Assembly (NCBI GenBank): GCA_036785375.1
Contig: JAWMAR010000001.1
Location: 22,940,001-23,004,000 of the forward strand
DNA from: Leucoraja ocellata
Taxonomy: Eukaryota
Direction of reading: 5' to 3'
DNA length: 64,000 bases
In this document: piece by piece, positions 43,249 through 64,000 of the stretch
How the letters are laid out: every line of letters starts with the position of its first letter
Numbering within the stretch: the stretch's first letter is position 1
Translations under genes and position numbers: made by a program
Notes under the pieces: generated by a model
Database searches by the model: none
Told to the model about the DNA's origin: nothing
Seen by the model: the letters and a program-made list of their open reading frames with translations, nothing else

Positions 43249-46200
43249 CGAGGTAAACACTCCGAGTGTAACAACAAGGAACTGCAGGTGTTTAAGAGGG
43301 AACTGCAGATGCTGGAAAATCGAAGGTAGACAAAAGTGCTGGAGAAACTCAGCGGGTGCAGCAGCATCGATGGAGCGAAGGAAATAGGCAACGTTTCAGA
43401 CCGAAACCCTTCTTCAGACTGCAGGTGCTGGTTTATACCAAAGAAAGACACAAAGTGCTGGAGTAATTCGGCGGGTCAGGCAGCATCTCTAGAGATAAAG
43501 AAATAGATGTTTCGTCTCGGCACCCTTCTTCAAACTGACAAACATCCCACGTGTAAGATGGATAGCACGGGCTCCACCGTTCACTGGTCATCTTATAGCC
43601 AGCCCTGCTTTGTTCCGGCCTTTTCCTATCTCCAGTTCCACCCCCACCACTCTTTATTTTCAGTCTGAAGAAGGGTCTCGATCCTTTTCTCCAGAGTTGC
43701 TGCTGACCCGCTGAGTCTATGTTCGGTTTAAACCAGCAGTTGCAGTCCCATCCTATACACCGACCTTGCCTCTAAACACCAACTTTGAAAGGGGGTAGAT
43801 AGTATCTTCGGGTTAGGGTTAGATAGATAGAAAGATACTATAGTATCTTTGGATAGCACTGAGCATCACTGCTTCAAATCTACTGGGTGTCACCTAACGA
43901 TAGCGGTAAGATTCAGTGTCTCGGATCAAGTCACTATCCTGGCGACAATATCTCTGCCATGTCTGTTATCTAGTTCCCCCAAACAATTCAGTTGAGTTTA
44001 TTGTCACGTGTAGCGAGGTACAGAGAAAGGCTTTTGCTGCGTGCTATCCAGTCAGCATAAAGACAACAGTGGAGTAGGCCAAAAATGCTGGAGAAACTCA
44101 GCGGGTGCAGCAGCATCTTTGGAGCGAAGGAAATAGGCAACGTTTCGGCCCGAAACGTTGCCCATTTCCTTCGCTCCATAGATGCTGCCGTACCCGCTGT
44201 GTTTCTCCAACAATTTTGTCTACCTTCGATTTATAGCATCTGCAGTTCCTTCTTGAACACGCAATGAGCTCAGCAGGACCACAGTGAAACTAGATGACCG
44301 TGACGGACTAGGGTAGATGAGGGATGGAGAGAGGATACAAGGGTTACAAAATTAGAGAAATCAATATTCATACCGCTGGGTTGTAACGAGGTGGGTCAGG
44401 TGGCTTGATGAGGGATTAGACTCTCTCACTGCATCTCCACAAGGTCCAGCAGAGGTTCAGTGAATCTGGGGATAAGGCATACCTGCTGTGCCCCCAATTC
44501 TGGTCGATTGATTTTAACAAGTGAACAGTGTGCACGTCAGATGAAGATGTCTGCTGAAGCAAACTTCACCTGTTGCTCCAGACACACATGCTTTAATCAT
44601 CGCTACTGTTAACTTGGTGAAATCGAGCATTGCTGGGTACTCTACAAATGCCTCTGTCCCACTTAGGAAACCTGAACAGAAACCTCTGGAGACTTTATGC
44701 CCCACCCAAGGTTTCCGTGCGGTTCCCGGAGGTTGCAGGTGGTTGCAGGCAGTGGAAGCAGGTAGGGAGACTGACAAAACCTCCGGGAACCGCACGGAAA
44801 CCTTGGGTGGGGCGCAAAGTCTCCAGAGGTTTCTGTTCAGGTTTCCTAAGTAACAGGGGCATTACTACCCCCCCCCCCCCCCCCCCCCTCCCAAGCCCAA
44901 CTGTTTCTACCATTCCATGACTCCATGTATTGGCCACATGGCAAAGCCATTAGCCATCAGTAAACCCATCACTTCAGCAATGTCGACCAGTTACTGTAGA
45001 GTGGAGCTAACATGTTATGCACGCAATAATTCATAAACGACCAGGAAAACGCTGTACTTTTTGCTTTTTAATTTCTTTTTCTAAACACAAATACATTAAC
45101 AAACAGCATACAAACAGAGGTATCAGTGATTGAAATGGTGTGTGCTGCAATGGTACATGTGCTCAGAGGCGATTTATGCCTCAGTGGAATGATTTTCTTC
45201 ACGTTTAAAACTTTCCATTCATTAGAAATTTATTTTTAAACAAGCGCATTTTCTTGCTGTTCGAGCTGCTTTTTCAATATTACAATTTCAATTTCCTTTT
45301 CGGGAAGCAAGAGATAAGGGAGAGCAAACATGGCCCGCTGAAGTGTGCCTGGGAAGGTGGCAGATTCTATGTCAGTAATGTCGCACAAGTCACCATATTA
45401 CATTACAGAGTTGTACAAATTTCTGAAAGTGTTCTCTCGAAAACAAGCAATGACCTGGATAAAGAGCTAAACCCAGCAATTTAAAAAAAAAACATCATGC
45501 CCCCAATTCAGATTTTGTTTTAACAAATGAAGCAGTGTGCATGTCGGATTAAGATATCTGCTGAAGCAAACTGCGTCTGCTTTTCCAGATGCATCTGTGT
45601 GCTAAAGCTAATACAGCCTTACATCACACACACAATAAATGCCCCCCAAGTGTAAGAATGCAGTGATCACCAATTGCTCAAATAGTTTTCGTATTAAACA
45701 TGGGAATCCACCTGCACATCAATGGACCCATATTTAAAATTACAGATGAAAACCACCTCAGATATTAGGCCAAACATGATACATTAGTACTTTGCCAGGT
45801 TTCTAAAAACTATTATCAAGATGTCGATTAAATGCAGCATCTCATGTTGTAGAACTGAAACAAATCAAGCCAGGTTAGCGGCCGCAGCCTCGACTAGTGT
45901 GGATCAGATGATAAAGACACACCTGTCATGCCATACTGAGTGCAGATCAGTACTCAAAGAGCTACGAGGAAATGAAGCACCCAGGTATAAACCTACATTT
46001 TAATTAAAATTTAGAAGTTCAGACAGCTACATAACTCTATAAAATCCTATTACAGACTTTGAATTCTGTACTTAATTTGTATTTAGATGTCTTTACACCA
46101 AGAGTTGGTTCTTGATGTAAAAAGTAAACTGAATAGAATGACATAGCTAAAGAACTCCATTAAAATACCACTTATTCCACTTTAAAAAGATGCAAAAAAA

Positions 46201-49200
46201 ACAAAACAAAAAAGCAAGCAAATAGGGAATGCAAGGACATGTTTTTATAGTTTTAATTAAACATTTCACAACACCTTGAGCACATTAAAGGATCAAAGAT
46301 GTGCTGGTAATGCAATTACCAGTTTCACGGTTGTCTGGTTCTGCAATATGAGGAGATGGTGACGTATTGAAGACAAGAGAAACATACCAGGAATCCCAAC
46401 CACACGTGGCCATGCAAGAGGCAACCATTACAACCATCGATATATTTTTTTTGATTTTGTTTCTTTTCCCAGGGAGGCAAGGTTGGGGGACATTAAAATC
46501 AGCACGTATTCTGAAGACCTGCCAATTCCATACTCAAAATCCAATGGACTTGTGAAAAAAAAAAAGATATAAAAGTATTGTACAAGTTTACAACACTACC
46601 CCGGAATACTGGCTGAAAATTTTTTTTAGTTTTTTTTTGTTGCTTTATCCATCAAAAAATATAAACAAAGAAATGGATGCACCAGTATTCCAAGGGAGTT
46701 TTTCTTCTTTTTCAAAATGTCTTTAGCAAGTGCCTGTTCTGGGTCAATTAAGGAAGTTCACTGCAAGTTAAATGTTATCAATGCAGAGATAAAGTGGGCC
46801 CTGGTGATTAGCCCTCATTCTCTAAAAGCCATTTTATTTCTATTTTTTAAAAAGATCCCCTTAAATTTCAAACACAATATTATAGGTAAATTGCATCCTT
46901 CTGGAATTTCCAACTGAAGATGCCCCATAAATACACTTTAAAAAAAAAAGCACTCAAGTTCCCTTTTCTTTCATGCAATCAGCATGTTCAAATTTACACC
47001 ACAAAATTTCACTTCTTGGCTCTGTACATGTGAGTGCACTGCTGTGCCAAATTATTACAAATCTGACCAGCATCAAAGAGAGAACATCCTTAACTCGCGA
47101 TTCCACAGGTTCACGAGGCAATCAGCTGCTCGAAACTGGACTGTGGAAAGAAACACATGTTGCTGGCTGAAATCTATGGAAACAGCAAAGCCTTTGTGAT
47201 GAGCATCACGTTTTTTTATTTATTTTTTTACATACATCACTTGATGCTCAGCACGGTACAAAAATTAAAAAAAAAACCTTATGTCCAAAAAAAAAGGATA
47301 TAACACTGGTGACCGGGGTCAAGTGTGAAATGCCCGTTTAGACCCGTCCAAAGTATTTGTGAATAGAAGTGACATTTTTTTTCCAATGGGCACTTGCTTC
47401 CCATGAAGTTTCAAGGACACCTTTGGAACTCAAGTCACGCCGCCGCAGTGGTCTAATTCACATTTGCAAAATATGAAAGGAGATACCCAATAATTTCAGC
47501 AAGCCAAACACACAAGACATTGCATTATCACTTAACTCCCATATTGGTAAAATAATAGTACCAACAAATTCAGAAACCAATGCTTCCTATGGAATGTATA
47601 CAAAGAAAACACGAGGAGCATGGGACGAGATAATTGCATTGATACGAATGGAATTTAAACTGTATCCCTTTGGCTCAGGGCACTCATACCACACATCAAG
47701 AAATTAAAATCAAAGTCAGGACATCCTTATGTTTGTTACCACACAATCGGGGGCTTGTTCCATCCTAGGAGCACTCTCCCGAATAGCATTCTCCATCCAG
47801 GTTCATTTCACGCAAAGGGTGGACCAACTCACTCCCTGTCTAGTGAAGCACTCAATGCACAATTGAACAAAGTCACATGTCAGGGCATCTAGCATGACAA
47901 CAGCTGTGGGCAATTCTGGATTTCCGTAACCAACACGCAACCCTGCACCAATTCACCCTAAGATACAGCGGCAACAGGTGCATTCAACCGATGTAATGTT
48001 TGACAAGGGGCAAACTCTCGCTAAGAGCCAACGTTCACGGAACAGTCGCTAACTTCATGTACGTGCCTGCAGTGTCAGATGTACGACAGATAGTGTTGTC
48101 AATGGGATTTTGGGGGGGGGGGGGGGGGGGAAGATTACGCAAATCCCTTTCAAAGCCAGAGGCAGTAGTATCTGAATGAAACAGCAGCATCATGCTCCTT
48201 GCTACACAGGTTGCAATTTTACTGGCCTTTCCAGCAACACACTTACCCAGAGAAAGACTCCTCTCCCACCACCCCCCCTCCTCAAATCAAAATACTAACT
48301 TGCAGAAATGGTCTCGCAGCAAACAAGATCAAGCCACCCAAAACGTAAATACAAGTTACACCATGCTATCTTTAATAACTGAGCCAGATCACAGATTTAT
48401 TATTAATCTGAATATCAGAGGGCTTTAGAACACAGACCCTGAAGTCATAATGCACAAAGCTGGATGGAAATCAGGCGACCCAACTGATAGACACAAGCCC
48501 AAAAGGCACCAAAGAACAGGCGCCCTCGAACCGACTCACCCAAATGATCTGATTTTCTAAACCTGCAGCGAGAGTTGGATTTTACGCAATTCTTAGATGC
48601 AACACAATTCACAAAATTCTTCATCCCGGTTTCCCAATCCTTCCTGAAAATTACAAATTCTATTCTCTCGTATCAAACACCAGAATAATGCCGCACAGCG
48701 CGAGTAAAGACCCACCGTCACTCTGAACAGAAACGCAATGGGAGGATTGGGACCCGTCATTGTCTCTGCATGCCAAACTAACACCTGGTTCAATCCAAAA
48801 AACTCTCATGAAGTGTGTTATGAGAACCGCCACATCCAATTAAATTGTAACTAGATACATTAAAAAAAATAAAAAATTCCTTGCAGTAGTTGCAGGGGAA
48901 GATAGTTATAACTGCTTAAAACGATTATTGTGGAATTCTCTCACTACTAATACATGAAAGAACAAGAACAGATGCAAAATCCCTTCTTCCAAGTGAAATA
49001 CAAAAGTCTAGATTCCATTCTTAAACATGCACTTTTCTACTTGGTTAGCCTTTTTCTCTAAAAATCCCTGCTTTACACTTAGAAAAACTCTTCGCAAAGC
49101 CACTAAACTGCACTAAGATGGCACATGGTATCTTTATTCCTTTTTTTTTTGTTTCTTCCAGATCGTTGTTTAAAACTGTGGCACATGCGCTTACACTTTC

Positions 49201-50394
49201 CGGACAGGAGGACAGAATAACATTATTCCAAACTATTCCAAAGAAGCACGGGAACGAAATCTAAAGCAAAGACAAACCATGAGGCGCCAAGAGTGCACCC
49301 ATGCAGGGAGCTGTGGTCAAAACAATTCACATGTGCCAAACTACCACATTTAAGAATAAGCACCAAATTTTGTTTGAGGTTATAAGCCAATACACCACAC
49401 AGCAGCTGGGTGCATATACTGAGCTTCTCTTACTGAGAACCAAAAATGAATTGCTCAGGAAAAAAAGCAACACAAAGTGCTGGATTAACTCAGCCGGTTT
49501 AGGCAGCATCTTTGGGAGGCTGTGGGAGAGGCGATGTTTCAGGTTGGGATCTTTCCGCTGACATTTGAAACGTCGCCTATTCAGGTCCTCCAGAGATGCT
49601 GCCTGACCCCGCTGGGTTACTCCAGCACTTTGTGTGTGTGTTTTTATAAACCAGCATCTGCAGCCCCTTGCACCGACAATGAACCGTTCAGGTTAACTCG
49701 CGTTCTTTCAAAGAAATCAACAAACAGTGATGTTTTAAAAAAAGGGCAAAGTCCCACAATCACTTGCGGGCTGGGATGGGATGCGTTTTGGAGAATGGGT
49801 ATATAGAAAGAACATTTTATTAACAGCTTATTTTTTAAAAATACACCATTTATTACAGGAGTCAAGTCTCTTTTAAAGGGCCACTGTGGATTTAAGATAG
49901 CCTCGGCATTAAGAGCAAAATGCAGATCATGGTATGCAAACAGATGAAATAGTTCTCACTTTCTTCTTGGAAAATCTTCCTCTCGATGAATAGTCCTGAA
50001 AGCTTGACAACTTAGAGATGCTTAGAAAGAGGCCTGGAAACCACACAGTTGAAAGCTGAAAAAAACCCAACTGCATTTTTTCTAGTCAGCCAACATTAAA
50101 TAGGAGCCTGAACTTCTGGCTATACTGAAAGCCAATCAACCCATCGAGCATTAGGGCTATTTTTTTAAATATAAATTAAACATTTTAATACAGCCGCCAC
50201 AGAAACACAGCACGTTTCGTGCCGAGATGATTTGCCTCTTTTTTTTTTTATGAACTGGAACTGTCCAAGTAATGATGCATTTATTTCCCCCAGAGATTCC
50301 CAATTGCTTGTAACAGGAACTTGCTAAATGTGAATAGCGTGCCTTCTTTTCTTAGCCGACAGTCAGAAATCCATATCCTGTTGTTGCTTGGTTT

Positions 50395-63405
<13,011 letters not shown>

Positions 63406-64000
63406 TCAACAGTCCCCTGAAAAATAATTATCCATGGTTTACATGAATCAGTTGTTTTTATTTTAGCCTGCCTAGTTTTCACCTTGAGATTTAAGGAAAG
63501 CACACAGTGAGTGGAAGAACATGGTACATACCTACTCTGAAGTCTGAGGGGAGAGTTTTTTGGGGGGGGGGGGAGGGTGGGGTGATAAAAATACATTTTG
63601 TTCTTCCAAACATAATCCTGTGAATAATACTTGCATTCTCTCACTGATATTGGTCGTGGGAGACTTTGAGTAAGTGATAAATTAAAATCAACGGAACACA
63701 AATGGCATAAGCTGAGAGTGCATTTTATTAAACAATCACTTCTATCGCAGCTCGCAGATAAATTTGTGCCCCCACCCTTTCTCGACATATTCCCGCAATT
63801 CCGTGTCCCTCACCATCTTCCAGTCCCGCCTCAAGACCCATCTCTTCATCTCTGCCTATCCTTAGCCCCACGTCCCCCTTTTCATCTGTGCATTAATTGC
63901 CTCATATTGTGTTTTGAATTGAATTCTGTATTTACTTTGTGTACTAGTCATGTCTCTACTATTTATTTCATTCCCCTTACATGTTTTTCCTCTACCTGCT

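Overview
Vertebrate genomic DNA, almost certainly a cartilaginous fish (skate/ray-like), judged from dense HE1-type V-SINEs, HER1/CR1 LINE fragments and Penelope-derived repeats. I reconstructed four spliced genes by hand with GT-AG junctions and consistent phases. (1) The 3' seven coding exons of TMPRSS6/matriptase-2 (+, 1786-10185). (2) A complete 200-aa KCTD17 (-, 28658-16203) with a CpG-island promoter. (3) A complete ~294-aa TEX33/CIMIP4 (-, 42871-33225) with an RFX X-box promoter. (4) A complete 158-aa UBE2I/Ubc9-like gene (-, 63396-50395). Top leads: a CPEB3-like HDV ribozyme fold heading a ~130-bp retro-insert (3259-3385); many hammerhead-core Penelope palindromes; a 13-unit palindromic array in the TMPRSS6 3'UTR; a hidden TEX33 exon with SKYID repeats that becomes in-frame once a CR1 insertion is removed; and a diverged Ubc9 that may be a second ohnolog. 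Most short ORFs in the supplied track are repeat-derived noise. Comparisons with human proteins and synteny are from memory, not from a search.
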